Below, in pieces: positions 9,638 through 18,399 of a stretch of DNA of 64,000 nucleotides. Origin of the DNA: Coriobacteriia bacterium (GTDB taxonomy: Bacteria > Actinomycetota > Coriobacteriia > Anaerosomatales > Anaerosomataceae); assembly GCA_034368805.1 (NCBI GenBank), contig JAXMLJ010000044.1, forward strand, positions 76 through 64,075, given 5' to 3'. The notes beneath the pieces were generated by a model. It was not told the DNA's origin. It ran no database searches and saw only the letters and a program-made list of their open reading frames with translations. Numbering within the stretch: the stretch's first letter is position 1; the number at the start of each line of letters is the position of its first letter. The position numbers and the translations under genes were made by a program.

Positions 9638-9782
9638 ACGCTCACTCCATCCGCCCGCTCTTCATGCCAGTACCTGCTCATCGCAGTCCCGGACGCCGCG
9701 ACACGGTCCAAGGATGCCTACAATAGTATCTGTTACCGTGAGTCTGTCGAATCAGGCGCCGGACGGGCGGCGCGACTGTTGC

Positions 9783-10616
9783 ATGGCGAATGGGGGTTCG
9801 GTGGGTGCTGCATGGCGGGGTCTTCGCGAGATCGCGGTAAGCAATGCGCGCAACGTCCGTCGAACGCTCGCGATGGCGCGCTTCGACCTTACCAAGCGTT
9901 ACAGCGGCTCGTTACTCGGCGTAGGCTGGGCGGTCGTCAGGCCCGCGGTCTTCATCGCCGTCTACTGGTTCGCGATCTCGGTGGGGCTGCGCGGCGGCAA
10001 GCCGATCGAAGGCGTCCTGTACATCCTGTGGCTCATCCCGGGGATCGTCCCATGGTTCTTCCTGAACGACGCCCTCACCATCGGCGGCACGGCGATCCGA
10101 GATCACCGGCACCTCGTGACCAAGATGGTGTTCCCCGTCTCGACCATTCCTGTGTTCACGGTGCTCGCACTGTTCTTCGCACACCTCATGCTGCTGATAC
10201 CGTCGATCCTCATACTCGCGCTCGCCGGCCCCGGGTTCACCGTCCACACGCTCCAGCTGCTCTACTACATGTTCGCGACGCTCGTCTTCTCGTCGGTGGT
10301 CGCTATCCTCATCTCCACGCTTTCGGCCGTGAGCGCCGACGTCGGCCACATGGTGCGCTCGTTCACACGGGTGATGTTCTGGCTGACACCGATCATCTGG
10401 CCGTTCTCGAGCGTCCACGGCACGCTCAGGTGGGCGATCCTGGCCAATCCCCTTACGTACCTCATCGAAGGCTATCGGCACGCCCTGCTGCGGCCCGACT
10501 GGCTGTTCGGCAGCCTTCGCTACACGGCGTACTTCTGGGGACTCACCGGCCTGCTCATGCTGGTCGCCGGCTACCTCTACCACCGCCTGCAGCCCGACTT
10601 CGCGGATGTGCTCTAG
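9783..10616 (+). CDS. ABC-2 type polymer export permease (TagG/Wzm-like)
   Basis: ATG at 9783 within ORF 9417..10616. Multi-TM protein of about 277 aa with an N-terminus typical of ABC-2 permeases (FDLTKRYSGSLLGVGWAVVRP). The ATPase gene follows directly. Confidence 0.85.
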   Translation: MANGGSVGAAWRGLREIAVSNARNVRRTLAMARFDLTKRYSGSLLGVGWAVVRPAVFIAVYWFAISVGLRGGKPIEGVLYILWLIPGIVPWFFLNDALTIGGTAIRDHRHLVTKMVFPVSTIPVFTVLALFFAHLMLLIPSILILALAGPGFTVHTLQLLYYMFATLVFSSVVAILISTLSAVSADVGHMVRSFTRVMFWLTPIIWPFSSVHGTLRWAILANPLTYLIEGYRHALLRPDWLFGSLRYTAYFWGLTGLLMLVAGYLYHRLQPDFADVL

Positions 10617-11828
10617 ATGGCCGCCTCGCCGCGACACGCTATCCGCGTACGCAACCTGACGAAGTCGTACCGCATCTACGACTCCTCACTCGGTCGCGCA
10701 CTCGATGCGTTCAGGCGCACGCCGACGGGACGGGCGTTCACGGCACTTGACGACGTGACGCTCGACTTCCCGAAAGGTGAGGTCATCGCGATCGTCGGGA
10801 AGAACGGATCGGGCAAGTCGACGCTGCTCAAGATCATCACCGGCGTGACCTCGGCCACCAGCGGCACGGTCGAAGTGGACGGCCGCATCTCGGCCATGCT
10901 CGAGCTGACCTCCGGGTTCGATCCCGAGCTCACCGGCGTGGAGAACGTGTATCTGAAGGCAGTGTCGATGGGGATCGCGCGCGCCGAGATCGACCAGCGG
11001 ATGGCCGCGATCATCGAGTTCGCGGACATCGGCGAGCACATCACACAGCCCGTACGCACGTACTCGAGCGGCATGAAGTCCCGGCTCGGCTTTGCCGTGT
11101 CGGTCAACGTCGACCCCGACATCCTCATCGTGGATGAGGTGCTCGCCGTCGGCGACGACGTGTTCACGCTCAAGTGCATCGACGCGATGGAGGAGTTCCG
11201 GCGCCAGGGCAAGACGATCCTGTTCGTGAGCCACTCGCTGTTCACCATCAAAGCGTTCTGCACGCTCGGCGTGTGGATCGAGCGCGGCCGCATCATCGAG
11301 CAGGGCGAACTCGGACCGGTCGTCCTGGCCTACGAGGACTTCCTGCGTGCCGAGCGGGCGCGCACGAAACGAAAGCGGGCCGACAGCGAGGACTTCGACA
11401 CGCCTCAGGAAAAGCGCGACATCATCGAGGTGTCGGGCTTTGCGATGCGCAATGCCGCCGGCGACAAGGCGACCACGTTCGCCTACGGGGAGGACATCCT
11501 CTTCGAGTTCGACTACACGGTGAAGCGTCCGGTCGAGGCCCTGACGTTCTGCTACACGATCCGCAATGCGGAACAGCTCGAGGTGTACATGGCCGACAAA
11601 CGCAATCCCGCCAACACGGTCGACTCCTCGCCGGGTACGCACCACCTGCGCGTTCGCCTCAAGTCGCCCAACCTTCTCGCAGGCGAGTACCTGCTGTCGG
11701 GCGAGTTGTGGAACAATGACGCGGGCTTCTACGTCGGCTACTCGAACAAGCGGCCGTTCCGCATCGAGCAGCAAGACTATCTCGGAACGGGGATCACCTA
11801 TGTCGGTCATGAGTTCGCCAACGAGTAG
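10617..11828 (+). CDS. Polymer export ABC ATPase (TagH/Wzt-like) with C-terminal Wzt_C-like domain
   Basis: Walker A GKNGSGKST, signature YSSGMKSRL, Walker B ILIVDE. A further extension of about 150 aa (IIEVSGFAMRNAAG..LLAGEYLLSGELWN..) follows. Confidence 0.88.
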   Translation: MAASPRHAIRVRNLTKSYRIYDSSLGRALDAFRRTPTGRAFTALDDVTLDFPKGEVIAIVGKNGSGKSTLLKIITGVTSATSGTVEVDGRISAMLELTSGFDPELTGVENVYLKAVSMGIARAEIDQRMAAIIEFADIGEHITQPVRTYSSGMKSRLGFAVSVNVDPDILIVDEVLAVGDDVFTLKCIDAMEEFRRQGKTILFVSHSLFTIKAFCTLGVWIERGRIIEQGELGPVVLAYEDFLRAERARTKRKRADSEDFDTPQEKRDIIEVSGFAMRNAAGDKATTFAYGEDILFEFDYTVKRPVEALTFCYTIRNAEQLEVYMADKRNPANTVDSSPGTHHLRVRLKSPNLLAGEYLLSGELWNNDAGFYVGYSNKRPFRIEQQDYLGTGITYVGHEFANE

Positions 11829-13527
11829 CGATGCGGACGGGCATCGATTCGCGCCCGGCGGCGAGCCGATGCCCGGGCGCGAGACCGAAGCCGCGTTCGC
11901 ACTCGTCGTCGACGCGCTGGAGTGGGAGCGCACCCGCCTCCGTCTGCACGGGACGCTCGTCGCCAACGGCTCCGGTGGCACACCGGACGCAGCGGCTCTC
12001 ACGGGCTCGGACGTCTACTTGCAGGAAGCCCGCAGCGATCGGCGCGCACGAGTGGGGAGCGTGCGGGTCACGGGCGCACGCTTCACGCTGGATGTCGCCG
12101 TGTTCTTCGCGCTTGACGGCGACCCCCTCGTCACCGGGACGTGGCTCATCCGCATCGTGACCCCGGCAGGCGATGTGGCTCCGGTCCGCATGAGCCCGGA
12201 CCTGACGATCCCCGCGTACGGCTACGAGGGGATCCGCTCGGTCCGGGGCGGCCGCTATTGGCTGTTCCCGGTCGCCGAACGAGCCGGCGGCCGCTTCGCG
12301 CTCGCGGTCACGTACCGCAAGAACCGCACGGCGGGCGGGCAAGGCTCGCTCCTATCCCGCCTCGGCGCGAGGATCAGGCGACGTCTGCGGCGCACATGGG
12401 AGCTCCTCTTCAAGAGCGTGTACCGCATCTGCACGCGGGTGGTGAAGCGCACGGGCACGCGGATCCTGTTCACATCCGACTCGCGCGCGACGATTTCGGG
12501 CAACTTGCTCGATATCCGCGATCGCATGCGCGAGCGCGGCTTCGAGGGCGAGTACACGTTCTGGTACCTGTTCAAGGAGAGCACCACCGCGCGTCGGCCG
12601 CTCGCGGACAAGCTCCGCCTCCCCTTCTACCTTGCCGCCGCCGACGTCATCCTCCTCGACGACTATCACCCGACCCTGTACAAGGTCGAGTTCCACCCCG
12701 ACGTGTCGATCATCCAGCTCTGGCACGCCTCGGGAGCGTTCAAGACGGTCGGCTACAGTCGGATCGGCAAGCCGGGCGGGCCGAATCCGTTCTCGCACGT
12801 GCACAAGAACTACACGCACGCGATAGTGAGCTCCCGGCACGACGTCCCGTTCTACGCCGAGGCGTTCGGCATCGATGAGAAGCGTGTCGTGCCGACGGGG
12901 ATCCCGCGCATGGACGTGTTTTTCGACGCCGCCTACCGGGAGCGTACCGCCGAGAGGATGCGGGAACAGCTGCCCCAGACACGCGGGCGCGAGGTCATCC
13001 TGTTCGCCCCGACGTTCCGGGGCAAGGGGCCGTCGGACGCCTACTACGACCATGACCGTCTCGACCTTCAGGCGCTCCATGACCTGGCCACCGAGCGCGA
13101 CGCGATCGTCGTCTTCAAGATGCACCCCTTCGTGATAGAACCGCTCGAGATCCCGGCCGAGCTGACGGACCGCCTGGTCGAGGCGAGCGCCATCCGCGAG
13201 GTCAACGACCTGCTGTTCATCGCCGACCTCGTGATCACCGACTACTCCTCACTGGTCTTCGAGTACTGCACACTCGGCCGACCGATGCTCTTTTTCGCCT
13301 ACGACCTCGAGGACTACATCAGCACCCGGGACTTCTACGAGGGCTACGAGGAGTTCGTGCCCGGCAGGATCGTGAGGACCTTCGGCGAGATGCTCGACGC
13401 CATCCGGGCACAGGATTTCGAAGCCGAGAGAGTGGCCGCGTTCGCCGAGCGCCACCTGGAGCACCACGATGGACACGCGACCGACCGCATCATCGACGAT
13501 CTCGTCTTGGGACGTGCCGGCAGGTGA
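11800..13527 (+). CDS. TagF-family phosphotransferase with N-terminal extension of about 190 aa (paralogue 2)
   Basis: C-terminal Glyphos_transf motifs (IQLWHASGAFKTVGY, ILFAPTFRG, VFKMHPF, VITDYSSLVFEY). The start is uncertain: ATG 11800, 11809 or later. Confidence 0.82.
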   Translation: MSVMSSPTSSDADGHRFAPGGEPMPGRETEAAFALVVDALEWERTRLRLHGTLVANGSGGTPDAAALTGSDVYLQEARSDRRARVGSVRVTGARFTLDVAVFFALDGDPLVTGTWLIRIVTPAGDVAPVRMSPDLTIPAYGYEGIRSVRGGRYWLFPVAERAGGRFALAVTYRKNRTAGGQGSLLSRLGARIRRRLRRTWELLFKSVYRICTRVVKRTGTRILFTSDSRATISGNLLDIRDRMRERGFEGEYTFWYLFKESTTARRPLADKLRLPFYLAAADVILLDDYHPTLYKVEFHPDVSIIQLWHASGAFKTVGYSRIGKPGGPNPFSHVHKNYTHAIVSSRHDVPFYAEAFGIDEKRVVPTGIPRMDVFFDAAYRERTAERMREQLPQTRGREVILFAPTFRGKGPSDAYYDHDRLDLQALHDLATERDAIVVFKMHPFVIEPLEIPAELTDRLVEASAIREVNDLLFIADLVITDYSSLVFEYCTLGRPMLFFAYDLEDYISTRDFYEGYEEFVPGRIVRTFGEMLDAIRAQDFEAERVAAFAERHLEHHDGHATDRIIDDLVLGRAGR

Positions 13528-14681
13528 TCGTCTTTCTCAGGAAGTGGGTGCTGCGGCTCGCGTGGCTTGCGTTCAGACCCCTGCCGGTCCGGGACCGCGT
13601 GGTGTTCGCGTCCAACCACGCCGAACGCCTCCGCGGCAACCTCAAGTGGGTACACGACGAGTTGCTCCGCCAAGCCCCCGGCACCGATGCCATCTTGCTG
13701 CTCCATCGCTCGGTCGGCACGCTGGCAGGCAAGCTCGCAACACTCGCCGCCGCACTACGTGCCGAGTACTACCTCGCCACGTCGCGGGTCTTCATTGTGG
13801 ACGACTACTACTTCCCGCTCTATCCGGTCCGCCCAAAGCCAGACACGACGATAGTGCAGACGTGGCACGCCTCGGGCGCGTTCAAGAAGGTCGGGTACAG
13901 CGTGGCGGGCAAGACGTTCGGCGCAAGCGCGTCGCTGCTTCGGCAGGTCAGGATCCACGCCAACTACACGCACTGCCTGGTCGCCTCCACGAACGCCATC
14001 CCGCACTACGCAGAGGCCTTCGGACAGCCCGAGGAGCGGTTCTTCGTGACCGGGATACCACGGACCGACCTGTTCTTCGACCCCGCCCGCCGCGTCCACG
14101 CCCCTCGCCGCGTGCGGGAGCGCTACCGGCTTCCGGAAGGCAAGACCATCGTGCTGTACGCGCCGACCTTCAGGGGCGACACCGTCCATGAGGCTCGCTA
14201 TCACGATGCGCTCGACCTTGAGCTGCTCGCCGGCACATGCGGCGCGGACTGCGTCTGGCTGCTGAGGCTGCACCCGTTCGTGGCCACCTCGGCGGTCATA
14301 CCCGAGCATCTCCGGGATTTCGTCGTCGATGTGTCGGATCACCCCGACATCAACGAGCTCATGCTCGCGAGTGACGTGCTTGTCACCGACTACTCGAGCG
14401 CGATCTTCGAGTTCTCCTTGCTCGAGCGGCCGATGCTGTTCTTCGCTCCCGACTACGAGGCGTACGAACGCGAGCGCGGCTTCTACTTCGACTACGCCTC
14501 GGACGTACCCGGGCCGCTCTTCACCACGACCGCCGGACTCGCCGAACACATCGCCGCCGGACGGTTCGACCTCGGACGGGTCCGTGCGTTCCGCGAGCGG
14601 TGGTTCGATATGGCCGACGGACATGCGAGCGAACGGGTCGTGCGCGACATCGTGCTCCCCGGACTGCGCCCGCGCGGCTAA
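13524..14681 (+). CDS. TagB/TagF-family phosphotransferase (paralogue 3)
   Basis: VQTWHASGAFKKVGY, VLYAPTFRG, LLRLHPF, LVTDYSSAIFEF. GTG 13524 overlaps the upstream stop as GTGA. Confidence 0.88.
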   Translation: MIVFLRKWVLRLAWLAFRPLPVRDRVVFASNHAERLRGNLKWVHDELLRQAPGTDAILLLHRSVGTLAGKLATLAAALRAEYYLATSRVFIVDDYYFPLYPVRPKPDTTIVQTWHASGAFKKVGYSVAGKTFGASASLLRQVRIHANYTHCLVASTNAIPHYAEAFGQPEERFFVTGIPRTDLFFDPARRVHAPRRVRERYRLPEGKTIVLYAPTFRGDTVHEARYHDALDLELLAGTCGADCVWLLRLHPFVATSAVIPEHLRDFVVDVSDHPDINELMLASDVLVTDYSSAIFEFSLLERPMLFFAPDYEAYERERGFYFDYASDVPGPLFTTTAGLAEHIAAGRFDLGRVRAFRERWFDMADGHASERVVRDIVLPGLRPRG

Positions 14682-14690
14682 CCGACGCCG

Positions 14691-16613
14691 TCAGGCACGA
14701 CCAACTGTGATGGCGACACCGTCCCGGTCGGCTCGCAACCCGACCGGCACCTTCCGAAGCCCCCGACGCATGGTGGCCGAGCCAGCCTCCACCCCGGCCG
14801 ATGCGACCCCCTGCCTGAGCCCCGGTGCCTCGACCCTGACCGCAAGCGTCCAGAGACCGTCGCCGAGCGGCCGACCTGCTGCAACCGTCTTGAGGGGGAC
14901 TCCGAGGGAGAAGCCACGGGGCGCGTCCGACTCGCCGCCTCGCACGACGTGCGTGGTGCCGTCAGCGGCCATCAGCACGGCGCGGACGGCATCGGCAGGC
15001 ACACCGCCGACGTTCCAGGACCCGATGATGTCGAGCGTCGCATCGGCTCCCTCCCGCCACGCGATGCGCTCGAGCGACAGTGCGAGCGGCACCCGGCGGG
15101 AGACGCCTCCGATATCGAACGTGAGGTTGTCGTGCGGATCGGTGAAGTACGGCATGACGACGGTCTCGGCACCGGGCGGCGCCAGGTAGCCGGGACGCAG
15201 CGAGCCGTCCACACTCCCGACCCGGTGCCTGCCGATGCGGGCGCGCTTCTCGATGCCGCGGAGTTCGAGCTGCACGAACAGGTCCCAGAGTCCGCGGCCG
15301 ATCGGTTGCCCGTCGGCAACGGTCGTCAGATCGATCCGCCCCGAGAAGCCGGCGTCGTCGCCAGTGCCCGAGAGGGGCGCGACGAACTCCCGGCGTGTCG
15401 CACGATCGCGCAGGACCAGACACGCCTGCGCGCTCTCGTCGCCGAGCATGCCGAAGCGGGCCCGGAGCGTGACACCGATCCGGTTGCCATCGATGACGAC
15501 AGCCTCGAGCCGGTGCTCGATCGGCAGACGATCGGTGGTGTCGAAGCATGTGTCCGGGATGCCGGCAACCGGATCCCGAAAGAACGGATACGCACGGTAG
15601 GCGCGGTCGTCATCGAGAACGGTCTCGGGCTCGCCTCCCTCGGCCACCCACCGGTAGACCTCGGAGAGCTCGGCGATCCGACCCTCCCGTATGAGGTACA
15701 GGTACAGGCGGTGCAGCGGCTGCACGCGACGCTCAAGCGCGGGCGTGTACCAGCGCTCGATCCACGAACGGATCAGACGCACGGCCTCATCGCGGCGCAC
15801 CGGGTCGGCCTCGGCAACAAGGGGAGGCACCACGGTATCGACCACTTCGACCGCGAAGTGACGGTGCATGAGTTGGTCGCGACGTTCGCCCGGCTCCACC
15901 CGCTCGTCGACGAGCTCGAACATGGCCCCGGCGATCGCCAGACGCTCGGGCAGGCCGGTCCGTGTGAGGGTGATGTTCTGTCCGTCATCGCGCCACGTGA
16001 GATAGATGCAGTCGTAGTCGGCCAGGATAGAGATGCCCGAGGCCGCCAGATACGCCGCACCCACGAACGGCATATCCTCGCCCTGCGGGAAACGCGTCTT
16101 GAAGCGAAGGCCGAGCCGCTCGACGAGCTCGCGCCGGAAGAGCTTCTGCGGTCCGAGGGTCCACCAGACACGCGAGTCGAACACGTCGGTCCTCTGACGC
16201 GTGTGTGTGAACATCGAGCGTGGCGCCGGCCGGCCGCCGCCACCGACGATGCGACCGAGCACGACGTCGGTGCCGTTGGCATCCGCCATCGCGACCATGC
16301 GCTCGAGCGCCTCGGCGCCGAGATAGTCGTCCGCATCGTGGAACAAGACGAACCGCCCGCCCGCCCGGTCGAGCGCGACGTTGCGGGGACCGGCGGGCGT
16401 GCCGGAGTTCTCCTGGTGGATGACGGTCATGTTCGAAACGGAGGCGGCCAGCCGGTCGAGCTCGTCGCCCGTGCCATCGGTCGACCCATCGTCCACCGCG
16501 ATAATCTCGATGCGTTCCGGCTCGAGCGACTGCTCGAAGACAGAGGTGACGCACCGGGTCACGTACGGCATCGCGTTGTAGGCCGCGATGATGACGGTGA
16601 CATCCGGCGTCAC
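14691..16613 (-). CDS. Family-2 glycosyltransferase with large C-terminal non-catalytic extension
   Basis: VTVIIAAYNAMPYV, AVDDGSTDGT and FHDADDY are GT2 motifs. GTG 16613 is preceded by GGGAGGTG and lies 4 nt after the arcC stop. Confidence 0.85.
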   Translation of the reverse strand: MTPDVTVIIAAYNAMPYVTRCVTSVFEQSLEPERIEIIAVDDGSTDGTGDELDRLAASVSNMTVIHQENSGTPAGPRNVALDRAGGRFVLFHDADDYLGAEALERMVAMADANGTDVVLGRIVGGGGRPAPRSMFTHTRQRTDVFDSRVWWTLGPQKLFRRELVERLGLRFKTRFPQGEDMPFVGAAYLAASGISILADYDCIYLTWRDDGQNITLTRTGLPERLAIAGAMFELVDERVEPGERRDQLMHRHFAVEVVDTVVPPLVAEADPVRRDEAVRLIRSWIERWYTPALERRVQPLHRLYLYLIREGRIAELSEVYRWVAEGGEPETVLDDDRAYRAYPFFRDPVAGIPDTCFDTTDRLPIEHRLEAVVIDGNRIGVTLRARFGMLGDESAQACLVLRDRATRREFVAPLSGTGDDAGFSGRIDLTTVADGQPIGRGLWDLFVQLELRGIEKRARIGRHRVGSVDGSLRPGYLAPPGAETVVMPYFTDPHDNLTFDIGGVSRRVPLALSLERIAWREGADATLDIIGSWNVGGVPADAVRAVLMAADGTTHVVRGGESDAPRGFSLGVPLKTVAAGRPLGDGLWTLAVRVEAPGLRQGVASAGVEAGSATMRRGLRKVPVGLRADRDGVAITVGRA

Positions 16614-16617
16614 GCCG

Positions 16618-17583
16618 TCACACCTCCCGCTCCGCCGGCACCTCACGTACGACGTTCGTGCCTGCGTCACCCGCCACGATCGCGGCGATGTCTTCAAGCC
16701 TGCCGATGGCCGCGCGGTTGCCGGTGGCCTCGACGAACCGCGTCGCGGCCTCGACCTTCGGCCCCATCGAGCCCGCCGCGAACTCGTGGGACGCCAGCTG
16801 GTCGGGGGTCACCCACCCGAGGAGCCGCTCGTTCGGAGTCCCCCATCCCGCGTAGACGCCCTCGGCGTCGGTAAGCATGATGAACAGACCCGCGCCGAGC
16901 TTGCGTGCGAGCAGCTCACTCGCAAGGTCTTTGTCGATCACAGCTTCGACACCGATGAGCGTGCGACGTTCGGGGTCCGCATACGCGGTTGGAATGCCGC
17001 CGCCACCCGTGCAGATCACGATCGCCCCGCGCTCGATAAGCCATCTGATCGGCTCGATCTCAAAGATCTGGTGCGGCTCGGGCGACGCCACGACGCGCCG
17101 CCACATCGCTCCGTCGAGGCGGAACACCCACCCACGCTCGGCAGCCAACAGATCGGCGTCGGCCTTGGCGTAACCCGGCCCGACGAACTTGGTCGGATCA
17201 CCGAACGCGGGGTCGGCGGGGTCGACCTCGACCATCGTCAGGATCGTGGCGATACGCTTCTCGGCCGGCACGAAATTGCCGAGTTCCTGCTCCAGCATGT
17301 AGGCGATCATGCCCTGTGTCTGGGCGCCGAGGACGTCGAGCGGGAACGGCTCGGCGTCGAGGTACGCGGCTGCCTGGAGCGCGAGCAACCCCACCTGCGG
17401 CCCGTTGCCGTGCGCGAGCACGAGATCGTACTCGGCAGACAGCGGCGCGAGGGCGCGCGCGGCTACGCGGATGTTGGCGCGCTGCGCCTCGGCGGTCATC
17501 GGATCGGTGCGCTTGAGCAAGGCGTTACCGCCGAGGGCCACTACGATGGTCTGCCTGGTCACGTCGTCGGTCTCCTTTGCCAA
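16618..17583 (-). CDS. arcC: Carbamate kinase
   Basis: [21 protein letters not shown] and ICTGGGGIP are hallmark carbamate kinase motifs. Confidence 0.92.
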   Translation of the reverse strand: MAKETDDVTRQTIVVALGGNALLKRTDPMTAEAQRANIRVAARALAPLSAEYDLVLAHGNGPQVGLLALQAAAYLDAEPFPLDVLGAQTQGMIAYMLEQELGNFVPAEKRIATILTMVEVDPADPAFGDPTKFVGPGYAKADADLLAAERGWVFRLDGAMWRRVVASPEPHQIFEIEPIRWLIERGAIVICTGGGGIPTAYADPERRTLIGVEAVIDKDLASELLARKLGAGLFIMLTDAEGVYAGWGTPNERLLGWVTPDQLASHEFAAGSMGPKVEAATRFVEATGNRAAIGRLEDIAAIVAGDAGTNVVREVPAEREV

Positions 17584-17731
17584 CGGGGACGATGCGCCCG
17601 GGGCGACGCCTCCCGCCCGCCGATTATCACATCTGCGCCGATCCTATGCATCGTCCGTGCCGGGGGGCTGTGGCATACTAGGTGCTCACGTACGCCCGAC
17701 CAGGTGCCCCACCGAGCCGATAGGAGACTCG

Positions 17732-18391
17732 ATGCGCCCGACACCGAAGCAGCTGCTGTTCATCATCGGCATCGCCGTCGTCGCACTCGCGTTCATCGTG
17801 ACACAGACGATGATCAAAGATGCGCCCGGCAGCGTCAGCCGCGCCGGCGACGTCATCACGCGCGTGGTGACCGCAGCCGACCCCGACACCTCCGCCGAGT
17901 ATCCTTTGCGACTTCTGGAGGGCGACGACGCCGACCACGAGTCGACGCACATCTTCCAGTCGCTCGACGGGATCCAGGGCGTCACCACGGCGTCGCTCGA
18001 TATCGCGAGTCTGGCGCTCACCGTCGCGTACGACTCATCGATCGTGTCCGAGGGCATCATCCGCAGCGCACTCGCCTCCTCGGGCTACCTCGCGATGACC
18101 GCCGCCGACGCCACACCGATGGAACTCGCAGAAGACGGCAGCGTCCAGCGCATCGAGATCGTTGACGACCACGGCTTCAAGCCGGCCTTCATCCGCGCGA
18201 AGAGCGGCGTCCCGGCCGAGATCGTCTTCGGGCCCGGCACCGAGTGCCGTGTCTCGATCAAGTTCCCGCAACTCGGCATAGAAGCGGACATCTCGCAGGG
18301 TGCGACCGTACAGTTGCCGGCGCTGGAGCCCGGAACGTACGACCTTTTCTGCGGCGGCGACGGCAGCGAGGGTTCGATCGTCGTCGAGTAG
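17732..18391 (+). CDS. Membrane-anchored protein with degenerate HMA-like domain and cupredoxin_1-like domain
   Basis: ATG 17732 follows AGGAG. It has a TM segment (LLFIIGIAVVALAFIV). An HMA-like fold has GDDADHES where GMTCxxC is expected. The C-terminus (KSGVPAEIVFGPGTEC..GTYDLFCGG) resembles the cupredoxin_1 family. Confidence 0.65.
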   Translation: MRPTPKQLLFIIGIAVVALAFIVTQTMIKDAPGSVSRAGDVITRVVTAADPDTSAEYPLRLLEGDDADHESTHIFQSLDGIQGVTTASLDIASLALTVAYDSSIVSEGIIRSALASSGYLAMTAADATPMELAEDGSVQRIEIVDDHGFKPAFIRAKSGVPAEIVFGPGTECRVSIKFPQLGIEADISQGATVQLPALEPGTYDLFCGGDGSEGSIVVE

Positions 18392-18399
18392 CACAGGAC

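Noticed and set aside
9074-10750. Very long alternative-frame or antisense ORFs in the track. Examples: 9074..10750 (558 aa), 14949..16874 (641 aa), 16588..18165 (525 aa), 22556..23959 (467 aa), 53609..55345 (578 aa), 10686..12002 (438 aa), 33671..35044 (457 aa).
   Set aside because: Their translations are Arg/Pro/Gly/Ala-rich low-complexity strings without recognisable motifs. Each overlaps a gene on another frame that has clear family signatures. Long spurious ORFs are expected in GC-rich DNA because stop codons are AT-rich.
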